Below, piece after piece: positions 29,007 through 38,310 of a stretch of DNA of 64,000 bases. The DNA is from an uncultured Chloroflexia bacterium. GTDB lineage: Bacteria > Chloroflexota > Limnocylindria > Limnocylindrales > CSP1-4. Each line of letters starts with the position of its first letter. The first letter of the stretch is position 1. Location: contig CAWHSS010000003.1 of assembly GCA_963832105.1 (NCBI GenBank), positions 984,131 through 1,048,130 on the forward strand, read 5' to 3'. The notes below the pieces were generated by a model that worked only from the letters and a program-made list of their open reading frames with translations, did no database searches and was not told the DNA's origin. The position numbers and the translations under genes are program-made.

Positions 29007-29488
29007 CGGTGCTCCTTCGGCTGCGGTTCTTGGAGCACCGTAGCCGGGCCGGGGTGTGCCGCGCTTCTTCCCGATTGCTCTCCGTCCGGGTGCGGCCGCG
29101 TCCACATCAACACCACGCAGCCGGGGATCGGTGGGACGCCGGTCCGTGCGACCGCGTCGTCGCGGTACTCGCTCGGCGACCGCCCGACGAGCTGGCGGAA
29201 GCGCGCGCTGAACGAGCCGAGGCTCGCGAAGCCGACGAGGAAGCAGATCTCGGTGACGGAGAGGTTCGCGGTTCGCAGGAGGGTCTTCGCGCGCTCGATC
29301 CGGCGTCTCGTCAGGTAGGTGCGGGGCGTTTCGCCATAGGCCGCCGCGAACGCGCGGGCGAAGTGAAATCGGGAGTAGCCGGCTTCGCGGGCCATCGCGT
29401 CGAGGTCGAGCGGCTCCGCGTAATCGCGATCGATGAGGTCGCGAGCTCGCCGTAGCGCCGGCAGGAGGAACAGCGCGTTCTCGGTCAT
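29003..29488 (-). CDS. AraC-family transcriptional regulator
   Basis: LDLDAMAREAGYSRFHFARAFAAAYGETPRTYLTRRRIERAKTLL..NLSVTEICFLVGFASLGSFSARFRQLVG gives the two HTH units. Start at MTENALF. Confidence 0.85.
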   Translation of the reverse strand: MTENALFLLPALRRARDLIDRDYAEPLDLDAMAREAGYSRFHFARAFAAAYGETPRTYLTRRRIERAKTLLRTANLSVTEICFLVGFASLGSFSARFRQLVGRSPSEYRDDAVARTGVPPIPGCVVLMWTRPHPDGEQSGRSAAHPGPATVLQEPQPKEHR

Positions 29489-29595
29489 CCAGGTCGAGAC
29501 TGGACTCTCGCTCTTGTGATCCGCCAGCGTAGCCGTCGGGCTCCTCGAGGTCTTTGGCCCTGCCGATAATGGGTCGCCGCTCCACAAGGGGAAGG

Positions 29596-30910
29596 ATGAC
29601 CTCAGGGCTCCCGCACGCCTCGCTCCTCGAGAGCGTCCGCTTCACGCTGACGAACCTGCTGCCGAGCATGGTCCGGGGGCTCGCGATCCCGTTGCCGTTC
29701 TGGACCGAGATGGCGACCCGGTTTGACACCGGGCGCGGCGTGGCGACGGTGGAGCGCCTGACCGAGCGCTACGCCGGCCGGCCTGTGATGCTTCGAAGCG
29801 TCCGGGGGCAAACGCTGCTCGTCCTCGCGGCCGGCGATGTCCGTCGTGTCCTGGAGTCACCCGTGTCTGTCTACGGAATGAACGCTCCCGAGAAGCGGCG
29901 GCTGTTCTCGCCCGTTCGCGCCTGATGCGCTCAACGGCTCACCGCCGGATCTCCATGCCGAGCGCCGCCCGTTCAACGAGGCCGTGCTCGACTACGGGCA
30001 CGAGCCCCATCGCCTCGCGGAGCGATTCCTGAGGGTCGTCCACGAGGAGGTCGCGGCGATGCTGGCGGACGCGGGGTCCTCGACTATGAGCGGTCGCTCG
30101 CAGCCTTTCGAAGGATCGCGCGGCGCTGCGCCCTCGGCGATGCCGCCGCGGATGACACGGAGCTGAGCGAGGAGCACAGCCGATTGCGCGCGGACGCCGA
30201 CTGGCTTGGGCTCAAGGTCTGGAGTCGACGCAGGGACGCACGGCTCAAAGCGGCGATGGACGAACGGATCCAGCGGTACGTCGCCGCCGCCGAGCCCGGT
30301 ACGCTCGTCAGCCTCTTCGCGTCCGCGCCCACGGAGGCGGAGACCCGGCCGAACGGCCAGGTGCCGTTCTGGCTGATGGCGCTCGACGCGGTTCGCACCG
30401 CGGTCTTCAACGCGCTGGCGCTGCTCACGACCGATCCCGCCGCGCACGAGCGCGCGCTCGCCGAGGTCCGCGCGGCGGACGCGGCCCATGGACCGGGCAC
30501 GGTCGCCGGCCTCGCCGACCTTGCCTTCGTGCGCGCCTGCCTGCTCGACAGCCGTTCGGCTGTGGCCCGCGGCAGCAATGCTCGTGCGAGTCACGGCTGC
30601 CGAGACGGAGTGGTACGGCGAGACGCTGCCGATCGGCTCGAAGGTGCTCATCCCAGTCGCCGCCCACCATCGCGCGCGTCGGTTGCCGCATGCGAACCGG
30701 TTCGCACCCGGCCTTTGGCTCGACGGCTCGGCGGACGCCGACTGGCAGATGAACGTGTTCTCGCGCGGCGGCGCGCAGTGTGCCGGCCGGAATCTCGCCC
30801 TCCTGCTCGGCACCGCCAGCCTCGCGGAGCTGCTCCGCCAGGGGGAGTTCGAGCTCCTAAGGCCGAAGCTGGCCCCGGACCGGCCGCTGCCTACGGAATC
30901 AACCCGTTGA
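29596..30910 (+). pseudogene. Cytochrome P450, about 3 frame breaks
   Basis: Pieces lie in the 29554, 29984, 30184 and 30488 frames. Heme loop FSRGGAQCAGRNLAL (FxxGxxxCxG) is near the end and an ExxR-like ACLLDSVRL sits upstream. Breaks near 29915, 30075 and 30550. Confidence 0.75.
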
Positions 30911-30975
30911 ACGTCCGATTTGCCGTTCGCGGAACCCGCTGACCTCGCCGGCCGCGTTGCGTTCGTCGGAGGGAG

Positions 30976-31050
30976 TGGAGCCGACACTCGGATTTGAACC
31001 GAGGACCTGCTGTTTACGAAACAGCTGCTCTACCGCTGAGCTATGTCGGC
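30976..31050 (-). tRNA. tRNA-Thr (anticodon CGU), CCA encoded
   Basis: Manual cloverleaf: acceptor GCCGACA/TGTCGGC, D arm GCTC-AGCGGTA-GAGC, anticodon arm GCTGT-TTCGTAA-ACAGC, variable AGGTC, T arm CTCGG-TTCAAAT-CCGAG, then T-CCA. Confidence 0.9.
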
Positions 31051-31058
31051 GCGTGGCG

Positions 31059-31087
31059 AGTATAGGTGATGCCTTGGACGTATCGAA
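31059..31087 (-). promoter_or_regulatory. Sigma-70-like promoter for tRNA-Thr (-35 TTCGAT, 17-nt spacer, -10 TATACT)
   Basis: On the minus strand, TATACT ends 8 nt before the mature tRNA 5' end, within a locally AT-richer stretch. Confidence 0.4.
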
Positions 31088-31162
31088 CGGCCACCATGGC
31101 GAACTGGCCGTCCGTGGGAAAATGAAGCGGAAGACAGAAAGTGAGCCACGGGGAGGCGCGAC

Positions 31163-31939
31163 ATGGCACAAGCGATGACGACCACCGCCAGCAAGCCGGC
31201 ATGGGTCGACCTCGCAAGCTCCGACGCTGAGGCGTCGCGCAACTTCTACTCGGAGCTGTTCGGCTGGCAGGTCGAGGTCAATCCCGATCCGCAGTACGGC
31301 GGCTACGGACTCGCCAAGACCGGCGGCAAGGATGCCGCCGGAATCGGCCCCAAGATGGACCCCAACGCCCCGACCGCGTGGAACCTATACATCGGAACGG
31401 ATGACATCGAGGAGCTGACCCGTAAGGTGCAGGCTGCCGGCGGGACCGTCGCGATGGCGCCATTCGACGTCGGTGACCAGGGCCGCATGGCCGTCTACCA
31501 GGATCCGGCCGGCGCCTACATCTCGGCCTGGCAGGGGACCCGCATGGGTGGCTTCCAGACGGACGCGCCAAACTCGTACGGCTGGGCCGAGCTCAACGCC
31601 CGCGGCGTCGAGAAGGCGCTGCCGTTCTACCAGCAGGTCTTCGGCTGGACCACCCGGACGAGTGAGATGGGCGAAGGACAGCCGCCCTACACCGAGTTCC
31701 TGCTCGACGGGCAGAGCGTCGCAGGCGCCTGGGAGATGAACCCGATGGTGCCCGCCGAAGTGCCGAGCTACTGGCAGGTCTACTTCGCGGTGGAGGACGT
31801 CGACGCTGCGCATCGGAAGGCGCTCGATCTTGGCGCGCGGGAGCTGGTCGCGCCCCAGGACTTCCCGGGCGGGCGCTTCGCGATCGTGAGCGACCCGGAG
31901 GGCGCGAGCTTCGGTTTGCTCAAGACGGCGCCGCGCTGA
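31163..31939 (+). CDS. Two-domain VOC/glyoxalase-family protein
   Basis: Duplicated module WVDL.S.D...FY..LFGW and WAELNARGVEKALPFYQQVFGW, ending ..GGRFAIVSDPEGASFGL; 258 aa, intact. Confidence 0.85.
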   Translation: MAQAMTTTASKPAWVDLASSDAEASRNFYSELFGWQVEVNPDPQYGGYGLAKTGGKDAAGIGPKMDPNAPTAWNLYIGTDDIEELTRKVQAAGGTVAMAPFDVGDQGRMAVYQDPAGAYISAWQGTRMGGFQTDAPNSYGWAELNARGVEKALPFYQQVFGWTTRTSEMGEGQPPYTEFLLDGQSVAGAWEMNPMVPAEVPSYWQVYFAVEDVDAAHRKALDLGARELVAPQDFPGGRFAIVSDPEGASFGLLKTAPR

Positions 31940-32641
31940 TCCCTCGACCGCGCCGACGCCCAGACTTCGGCCGACATCGCGGATCCTCTCGAGGCCGTCG
32001 AGGATCAGATCGAGCCCGAACACGAACGTGCCTTCGTCATCGAGCGACCGTTCCTTGAGGTGCTGGTGGACGTGCTCGACGAGGTACGGCAATTCGTCGA
32101 CGGGAAGCTCCCTGAGGAAGGCGTCCGCAAGGTCGCGGGAGGTCCGCCTGGATCGACCTCCACCTGGGACGCCCACAGGGTGAACCCCGCGATGTGGCTC
32201 TCCAGGGCGTGATACGCGTGATCGGTGGTTTCGGCCGAGAAGCCGGCCTCCCGAAGGCATCCGAGGATCGCGTTCATGTAGCGCCATCGGGCGGGACGTG
32301 ATCCTGTCGTCGACAAGGTGAGGCTCGCCGCCCACGGGTGGCGCTCGAAGACGTCGTGGGCCGAAAGCGCGGTCGTTCGAAGGGCCGACTTCCAATCGGC
32401 GCCCGGCGGCGGCAGCTCGATCTCGCTCTCGACGATGTCGACGATGCCGTCGCAGGATGTCGTCCTTGTTCGCGACGTGGTTGTACAGCGACATGGCCTC
32501 GACGCCGAGCACCTGCCCGAGCTTGCGCATGCTGAGCGACTCGATCCCGGCATCATCTGCGAGTCGAGTGGCGGCACGCAGCACCCGCTCCCGTGTCAGC
32601 GGGAGGCGCGGGAGACCGCTCGCCGCGGGTTGCCTTGCCAT
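31919..32641 (-). pseudogene. TetR-family transcriptional regulator, 2 frame breaks; 3' end uncertain
   Basis: HTH SMRKLGQVLGVEAMSLYNHVANKDDIL | DGIVDIVESEIELP..WRYMNAILGCLREAGFS..HALESHIAGFTLW | ..LPYLVEHVHQHL..FVFGLDLILDGLERI. Breaks near 32450 and 32150. No stop follows in the final frame, so the end is only approximate. Confidence 0.7.
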
Positions 32642-32670
32642 TCTGTTCCCTTCTGTCGCACACCTGGCGC

Positions 32671-32699
32671 TTGACAGACTTACGCCGTACGTATAGCGT
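32671..32699 (+). promoter_or_regulatory. Divergent promoter with an imperfect 18-bp palindrome (candidate TetR operator)
   Basis: TTGACA (32671-76), 17-nt spacer, then TAGCGT (32694-99). ACGCCGTACGTATAGCGT (32682-99) matches its own reverse complement at 14 of 18 positions and is centred on TACGTA. It lies between the tetR and MDR-reductase starts in an AT-richer stretch. Confidence 0.45.
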
Positions 32700-32738
32700 A
32701 TGCCTGTCCAGCTTACAGTGTATGTCGACGGAGATCTG

Positions 32739-33700
32739 ATGAAGGCTATCGTCTACCGCAGGTACGGCTCTCCCGACGTGCTCGCCCTCGAGGACATCGC
32801 CAAGCCGGTGCCCGGCGACGGCGACGTGCTCGTCCGAGTGCGCGCGGCTGCCGTGAACCCGCTCGACTGGCACCTCCTGCGGGGCATCGCCCTACATCGT
32901 TCGCGCGACGTCCGGCTGGTCGAAGCCGAAGCGAAACATCGCCGGGCGTCGATGTTGCCGGAGTCGTCGAGGCAGTCGGCCGCAACGTGACCCAGTTCAA
33001 GCCCGGGGACGAGGTGTTCGGCGAGAAGAGCCGGGCCTGCGCCGAGTACGTCTCGGGCCCCGAAAAGCTGTTCGTCCGCAAGCCCGCGAACCTCACGTTC
33101 GAGCGAGGCCGCTGCGGTCCCGGTCGGGGCCGGCACGGCCCTCCAGGCGCTGCGCGACAAGGGCCGGGTCCAGCCCGGCCAGCAGGTCCTGATCAACGGC
33201 GCGTCGGGTGGCGTCGGGACGTTCGCCGTGCAACTCGCGAAGGCGTTCGGAGCCGAGGTGACGGGCGTGTGCAGCACCCCGAATGTCGACCTCGTGCGCT
33301 CACTCGGGGCCGACCATGTCATCGATTACAAGCGCGAGGATTTCACCAGGAACGGCCGGCGGTACGACCTGATCATCGACAACGTCGGTAACCGCCCGCT
33401 CCTGGCCTGCCGGCGCGCCATGGGCCCGAACGCGCGCCTCGTGGTGGTCGGTGCGCCGGATGGACGCTGGGTCGCACCGGTGGTACGCGTCGTCGCGGCG
33501 AAGCTGCTGTCGCAATTCGGCAGCCGGAAGTTCGTTCCTCACCTGACCGACACGACGCAGGCGGACCTGGTCTTCCTCGCGGAGCTCCTGGAGGCCGGCA
33601 CGATCAGCCCGGTCATCGACAGGCGCTACCCGCTGAGCGAGGTCCCCGACGCCATCCGCTACCTGGAGACGATGCGCGCCCGAGGCAACCGTCGTCGTTA
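32739..33700 (+). pseudogene. NAD(P)H-dependent quinone oxidoreductase / MDR alcohol dehydrogenase, about 3 frame breaks
   Basis: MKAIVYRRYGSPDVLALEDI..VNPLDWHLLRG | PYIVRATSGWSKPKRNIAG | VDVAGVVEAVGRNVTQFKPGDEVFG..KPANLTFE | AAAVPVGAGTALQAL..VLINGASGGVGTFAVQLAK..ISPVIDRRYPLSEV. The 3' end is unclear and converges on the nitrilase stop. Confidence 0.75.
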
Positions 33701-34412
33701 CCCTGTTAGGGCCGCTCGTGCGAGGGCGCCGGTTTCAGGGCCTGCCTGGTCGACGACGGTGCCATCGGGCCCCCAGATGCCCGATCGCCCCGCGGCCTCC
33801 TCGTAGCCGCCGCCCGTCGAGCCGGCGAAGCTGGCCATCGCGACCCAGACGTGGTGATCATTCGCGACGCGGCGGGCGCGCTCATCCGGGATCGCCGCGT
33901 CCTCCGCCGTCTCGAGGATCCCCGCGACATAGGCGTCGATGCCCAGCGCGACGGTCTCGGCGGCGTGGGCCGGGACGCCGGTGTCCTTGCAGATCGCCAG
34001 ACCGAGCCGCCAGCCATCGACCTCCAGCACGGCAGGTGAGCTTTCCCGGGCTGAACCGCAGCGGCTCGGCGCCGCCCAACCACATCTTCCGGTAGACGAT
34101 GGTCACGCCGGTCCCGTCAACGGCCAGCATCCCGAGGTGCACGGTGCCCGCCTCGCCATCCACCGTGCTCCCACCAGGGCCATGGAGACTCCGTCGCGGC
34201 GCAGGCGTCGACGATGGGCCAGGAGCGCGGTGGTCGTCGACGACGATCGTCGGGGCATCCAGCTCGTAGCCGGTCAAGGAGAGTTCGGGGAAGACCACGA
34301 CGCGTACGCCTGCCGTGCGAATTATCGCTGCGTGGGTCAGCGCATTCGCGGCGACGTCATGGCCCACGCACAACGGCTGGGCTACCGCGATCAGGAGCGG
34401 CTTCTGAGTCAT
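33698..34412 (-). pseudogene. Carbon-nitrogen hydrolase (nitrilase superfamily), at least 4 frame breaks
   Basis: MTQKPLLIAVAQP..VVVFPELSLTGYEL (catalytic Glu context), ..IVYRKMWLGG.. (Lys context) and ..WRLGLAICKD (Cys context, in the 33698..34030 frame). Three short frame hops occur between 34150 and 34240. Confidence 0.7.
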
Positions 34413-34621
34413 CGTAATGGGTGGCTGGTCACCCATCAGCCTACCACCCGATGGAGCGGGAGTGTACGCGGCTTGAAGGCACGGAAGCCCGAGCGCGAAC
34501 GGGCAGAAGGCGTCGGGACGGGACGCGGAGCACGGCGACGCTCCCGCATTTCGGCGTCGAGTACGGTCAGGGTTGCGGGGCGGCCCCGGAACCCAGACCG
34601 TGCCAAGATCGTCGCTGCGCT

Positions 34622-35347
34622 ATGAAACGCCTGAACCCCCTCTTCGCCCTCGCCATCGTCGTCGTCATCGCCGTCGGCTGCGCCGGCGGCGGATCCACCC
34701 CTCACCCACTCCGAGCCCCAGCTGTCCCGGTCACCATCACCACCCCTGAACAAGCCGCGGCCCGCGTCGCCGAGGTCGTCCCGAGCCTCGCAGGCATCGG
34801 CCCGAAGGACCCGGACATCATCGGCGGTTGCTGCTTCTGGGAGGCGGTCCAGGCGGCGGACGGGTTCGACGTCACGTTCGAGGTCGGCTGGGGGGATTGC
34901 CCGTCCGGTTGCATCGAGCGCCATCGCTGGACCTACACGTCCCGCGGACGGCGCAGTCACGCACTCAAGGAGAACGGGGACCCCGTCCCATCCGGCGTCC
35001 CCGGCCCCGGCGGTGGCGGCGGCGGCGGCATCCTGCCCGGCGGGACCGGCATCCAGGGCCGTGTGCTCGCGGGGCCGACATGCCCGGTCGTCTCGGTCAA
35101 CGATCCGTCGTGCGACGACCGTCCGGTCGCCGGCGCGACCATCCTCGTCCTCGACGTCCGCGGGACGGAGGTCGCCCGGCTCGTGACCGACAAGAACGGC
35201 ATCTACGCGGTCACCCTCCCGTCGGGGCCGTACACGATCGAGCCACAGCCGGTCGACGGGTTCATGCATGTCGCCGATCCGCTCGCGGTCACGGTCGGCG
35301 ACGGCATTGTCAGCGTCGACATCGCGTTCGACACCGGCATTCGCTGA
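34622..35347 (+). CDS. Lipoprotein with C-terminal carboxypeptidase-regulatory-like (prealbumin-fold) domain
   Basis: MKRLNPLFALAIVVVIAVGC lipobox. The C-terminus GIQGRVLAGP...GATILVLDVRGTEVARLVTDKNGIYAVTLPSGPYTI resembles CarboxypepD_reg. Confidence 0.7.
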   Translation: MKRLNPLFALAIVVVIAVGCAGGGSTPHPLRAPAVPVTITTPEQAAARVAEVVPSLAGIGPKDPDIIGGCCFWEAVQAADGFDVTFEVGWGDCPSGCIERHRWTYTSRGRRSHALKENGDPVPSGVPGPGGGGGGGILPGGTGIQGRVLAGPTCPVVSVNDPSCDDRPVAGATILVLDVRGTEVARLVTDKNGIYAVTLPSGPYTIEPQPVDGFMHVADPLAVTVGDGIVSVDIAFDTGIR

Positions 35348-35354
35348 AGGGAAT

Positions 35355-35382
35355 GAGCCGCGTCCCAGACGGGACGCGGCTC
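35355..35382. terminator. Perfect 12-bp hairpin between convergent genes (bidirectional terminator candidate)
   Basis: GAGCCGCGTCCC-AGAC-GGGACGCGGCTC, 8 nt after the lipoprotein stop and about 100 nt after the TadG-like-1 stop. Confidence 0.6.
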
Positions 35383-35481
35383 AATGAGTTCGGCTGAGCC
35401 CGACGGACGGTCGGCGCCTCAGTGGCTGCCGCGCCTGACCCAACGAATGGGATGGACGATGAGGTGGCGGTCCGCCTCCGG

Positions 35482-36471
35482 TCAGTCGACCAGGTGGAGG
35501 ACGTAGACGCCGGTCAGGAGCTCTGCGTCGCCGCCGGTCGGCGAGACGACGAGCTGGGCCGCGTTGACCGGTGAGACGAAGTAGCCGCGGATGACTTTCT
35601 CACTGGCGCCTTCAACGGACAGCAGCTTGAAGTAGGCCCAGCCGACCATCTCGCCCGCGTCGTTCACGATCGGCACGGGGAAGACGCCGCCTGTGTGTGA
35701 CTCGAGAGCGGTGAACAGCGTGGTGTGGGAGCCGGCGTTGAGTGGCCCGATGTCGTCGTTGAGGTAGATCGTGTCGGACTCGCCGCCGCCGTCGATGAGG
35801 TCGCGGACCCCGTTCGAGTTGGCGTTGCACGGGTTGCCGCTTGCCTGGCAGAAGATCGTCCAGTTGAACTGGGTGGCGTCCTGCGGCACGTCCTCGTTGC
35901 CGTGGCCGGGCAACTGGTAGACCTCAGGAACGCAGGGCCCGGCGGTCTCGTCGCAGATCGCGCCAGGGAATGCCTCGGCGTTGAATAGCAGCGGCATGGC
36001 CCCGATGGCGCCGTTCGGCTCGTCGCTCGCTTCGGCGGCCGCGGTGACAGACACGTCCCAGGTCGACATACCGATGAGCGAGGCGAAGTTGTTGCGATGG
36101 GCATCTGTCACGTTGGCCCGAACGGTCGCGCTAGAAGGGTTGCTGGCGACGATGATGTCAACGTTGGCGTTGTCGACGCCGTCGACGTAGCCGTTGGCGG
36201 CAGCGATCAGGTGGCCCGCTGCGTCTGCGGCGGCTGACTTCGTGGCGACATCGCCCTGCGTGCTGAGATAGGCTGTCGCGCCCGCCATCGAGGCGAGGTC
36301 CGCGACACCCTGCTCTGCCCGGCGCTGAGCGTATGCCGCCCCACCGTCGAGGACGAGGCCCAACATCCCGACGATCACGAGGATCGCGAGCGTGAACATG
36401 ATCAGGATCTGGCCGCGCTCGCCGCGGTGCGCGTGGTCTTGGCGAAGCATGGCGCGAGACTCCTTCTTCAT
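35482..36471 (-). CDS. TadG-like (Tad_N / Flp pilus-assembly) pseudopilin, copy 1
   Basis: N-terminus ERGQILIMFTLAILVIVGMLGLVLDGGAAYAQRRAEQGVADLASMAGA matches the TadG-like N-terminal domain pattern. 329 aa, with ATGA overlap to the upstream TadE. Confidence 0.8.
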   Translation of the reverse strand: MKKESRAMLRQDHAHRGERGQILIMFTLAILVIVGMLGLVLDGGAAYAQRRAEQGVADLASMAGATAYLSTQGDVATKSAAADAAGHLIAAANGYVDGVDNANVDIIVASNPSSATVRANVTDAHRNNFASLIGMSTWDVSVTAAAEASDEPNGAIGAMPLLFNAEAFPGAICDETAGPCVPEVYQLPGHGNEDVPQDATQFNWTIFCQASGNPCNANSNGVRDLIDGGGESDTIYLNDDIGPLNAGSHTTLFTALESHTGGVFPVPIVNDAGEMVGWAYFKLLSVEGASEKVIRGYFVSPVNAAQLVVSPTGGDAELLTGVYVLHLVD

Positions 36472-36941
36472 GGGATCTGCATTCGGCTGGTCGACTCGAA
36501 CGTGTGCGAGCCGAATGCGCTGACGAGGGGGGTGATGGGTTCAAAGTCGGCGGTCACATGGACCTTGATGAAGTGGACCTTCGGAAGGCAATTGCCGACG
36601 ACGGGCTGGTCGTACTCGTCGACGCACGTGATGTCGGTGGCCGGATCGATCTCGAGTCCGGGAATGAGGTTGCGCTGGGTCGCGATGACGGCCGCGGTGT
36701 CGGCGCTGAAGCCAAGTCCGGAGCCACCGTCGCGGTGGACGATCGTGACCCGGCTGATCTCGCGGGCGGCCTCGGACGTGCCGTTCATCATGTAGATGCC
36801 GCGTCCGAGATCGAAGATCGCCATCAGCAGGATGAGGAACGGGATGACGGCCAGGGAGAACTCGACGAGGGCCTGGCCGCGCTGGGCGGACCGGACGAGT
36901 CGGTTCATTGGTCGAAGCAGGGTGTGCACGGCGCTCCTCAT
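36468..36941 (-). CDS. TadE-like pseudopilin, copy 1
   Basis: QRGQALVEFSLAVIPFLILLMAIFDLGRGIYMMNGTSEAAREISR is the TadE-like N-terminal motif. Its ATG shares one base with the upstream TGA. Confidence 0.8.
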   Translation of the reverse strand: MRSAVHTLLRPMNRLVRSAQRGQALVEFSLAVIPFLILLMAIFDLGRGIYMMNGTSEAAREISRVTIVHRDGGSGLGFSADTAAVIATQRNLIPGLEIDPATDITCVDEYDQPVVGNCLPKVHFIKVHVTADFEPITPLVSAFGSHTFESTSRMQIP

Positions 36942-37952
36942 CAGTTGGGCCGGTAGTGGAGCGTGATCTGCGTGGTGAGCGCGATGCATTGCGTGTGATC
37001 CGGGTTCTGGGCCTGGATCTTGTTCTTCTGACCGGTGCGCAGGTCGTCGAAGAGTCGACGTCGTTGAAGCCGGCCGCGCCGAGGGTCGCGTCGGCGTTGC
37101 CCGGGGACATCCCGATGACGTTCGGCGGATAGGCGCAGGCAGGCGTCGGTGCGGCACTCGGCGGCAGCGAGGGCGGGAGATTCCGCTCGGCCCGGGTGCC
37201 GCGGTCACGACGATGTAGCCGGTCTTGACCTCGTTGTCGACGCCCGTCAGGTTGTTCACGGTCAGGGAGACCGTCTATGAGCCGGCCGTGTTGTACTGGT
37301 GGACCGGGTTCGGCTCGATCGAGTCGACGATGCCGTCCCCGTCGAAGTCCCACTGGAACCCGGTTGGGTTGCCGGTCGAAGCGCTCGAGTCGAAGTCGAC
37401 AAACATGCCCGGCGCGCCCGTCCGTGGAGTGCCGACGAACAGCGCGATCGGCGCAGGCGGCGGGGTGGCCGTCGCTGGGTCCGGCAGATACTCGATCTGG
37501 GCGACGGCGCTCGAGCTGAGGTCGAGATCCTGGCCGCCGAAGACGATCGAGAGGAGCGGGGTGATCAGGCGAAATTTGCCGCGGACCTCGACGGTTACCA
37601 GGCTCCCGGGGTCGTTCGCACAACCGGGCACGCTGCAGGTGACGTCGATGTCGGTCGGGGCGATGGCGATCATCGACCCCCTGGTCTCATTCTGGATCCG
37701 GCACACCACGCGATTGGTCGCCTGGTCGCAGGGCTGGTTCTCGAGGTAGAGGGCCGGCGTGATCGCGGCCTGGAACGCACCCTCGCGGGCGGCGTTGTTC
37801 AAGCTGATGTTGGCGTAGAAGACGCGGCCCAGGTCGAGGGCCGCGGCAAAGAACAGCAGGAAGACCGGCAGGACGAGCGCGAACTCGACCAGGCTCTGGC
37901 CGAGCGTCCGATTGCGATGATGTGCCCGGAGGCGCGCCGCGAGACGGTACAT
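36941..37952 (-). pseudogene. TadE-like pseudopilin fused to PKD and PASTA-like domains; in-frame TAG plus 2 frame breaks
   Basis: LGQSLVEFALVLPVFLLFFAAALDLGRVFYANISLNNAAREG (TadE). PKD: FVDFDSSASTGNPTGFQWDFDGDG..VHQYNTAGS-TAG-TVSLTVNN..KTGYIVV. PASTA-like: PPNVIGMSPGNADATLGAAGFNDV | LFDDLRTGQKNKIQAQNP..ITLHYRPN. TAG at 37275-77; breaks near 37190 and 37050. Confidence 0.7.
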
Positions 37953-38125
37953 GAATGACCCCATGGAGGGAGGAGACGGTCCAGGCATCGTCGGCCTGGC
38001 ACCTTTCACCATCCCTTGAATCGGTGCGCGGCTGCATAGCCCGAAGGGGGTCGCGAGCACCCGTCGATCGTCCGGTCCGGGTCCTGCCGCGGAGGCGAAG
38101 AGGTGGTCCCTGACGCCGGAAATTG

Positions 38126-38159
38126 AAGGAGCCGCGTCCCTTGCGGTACGCGGCTCCTT
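38126..38159 (-). terminator. 12-bp hairpin about 150 nt downstream of TadG-like-2
   Basis: AAGGAGCCGCGT-(10 nt)-ACGCGGCTCCTT. On the minus strand it is followed by CAATTTCC. It shares the core GAGCCGCGTCCC with the 35.36-kb hairpin. Confidence 0.55.
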
Positions 38160-38310
38160 GGCCCCCGAGACCCGTTATGCCTGCTTGCTGCGCATCATTG
38201 CCCCCAGGCGATTCTGCGTTCCCCCCGTACCAGGCGAGCCGGGTCGGATCAGTGGATGAGCTGGACTCCGACGGCGTCCGAGTTGCCGATCGGTCGCGCC
38301 CCGACGGGCG

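Noticed and set aside
27443-35347. Possibility that the tRNA-flanked accessory block is an integrative element or prophage remnant.
   Set aside because: No integrase, excisionase, transposase, phage structural or conjugation genes are present, and I could find no flanking direct repeat of the tRNA-Thr 3' end by eye. Only the weaker 'variable accessory region' statement is kept as a finding.
37275-37277. In-frame TAG considered as programmed recoding (pyrrolysine or readthrough).
   Set aside because: It is a single occurrence at a position where Tyr (TAY) is expected. There are no pyl genes in the window, and the same gene also has two frame breaks. A point error or mutation is the simpler explanation.
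38175-38198. Seven-codon minus-strand mini-ORF (ATGATGCGCAGCAAGCAGGCATAA) just upstream of the 38.1-kb hairpin, considered as a leader peptide or attenuator.
   Set aside because: It is too short, has no convincing SD, and there is no alternative pairing that would form an anti-terminator. It lies downstream of an operon end, not upstream of a biosynthetic gene.
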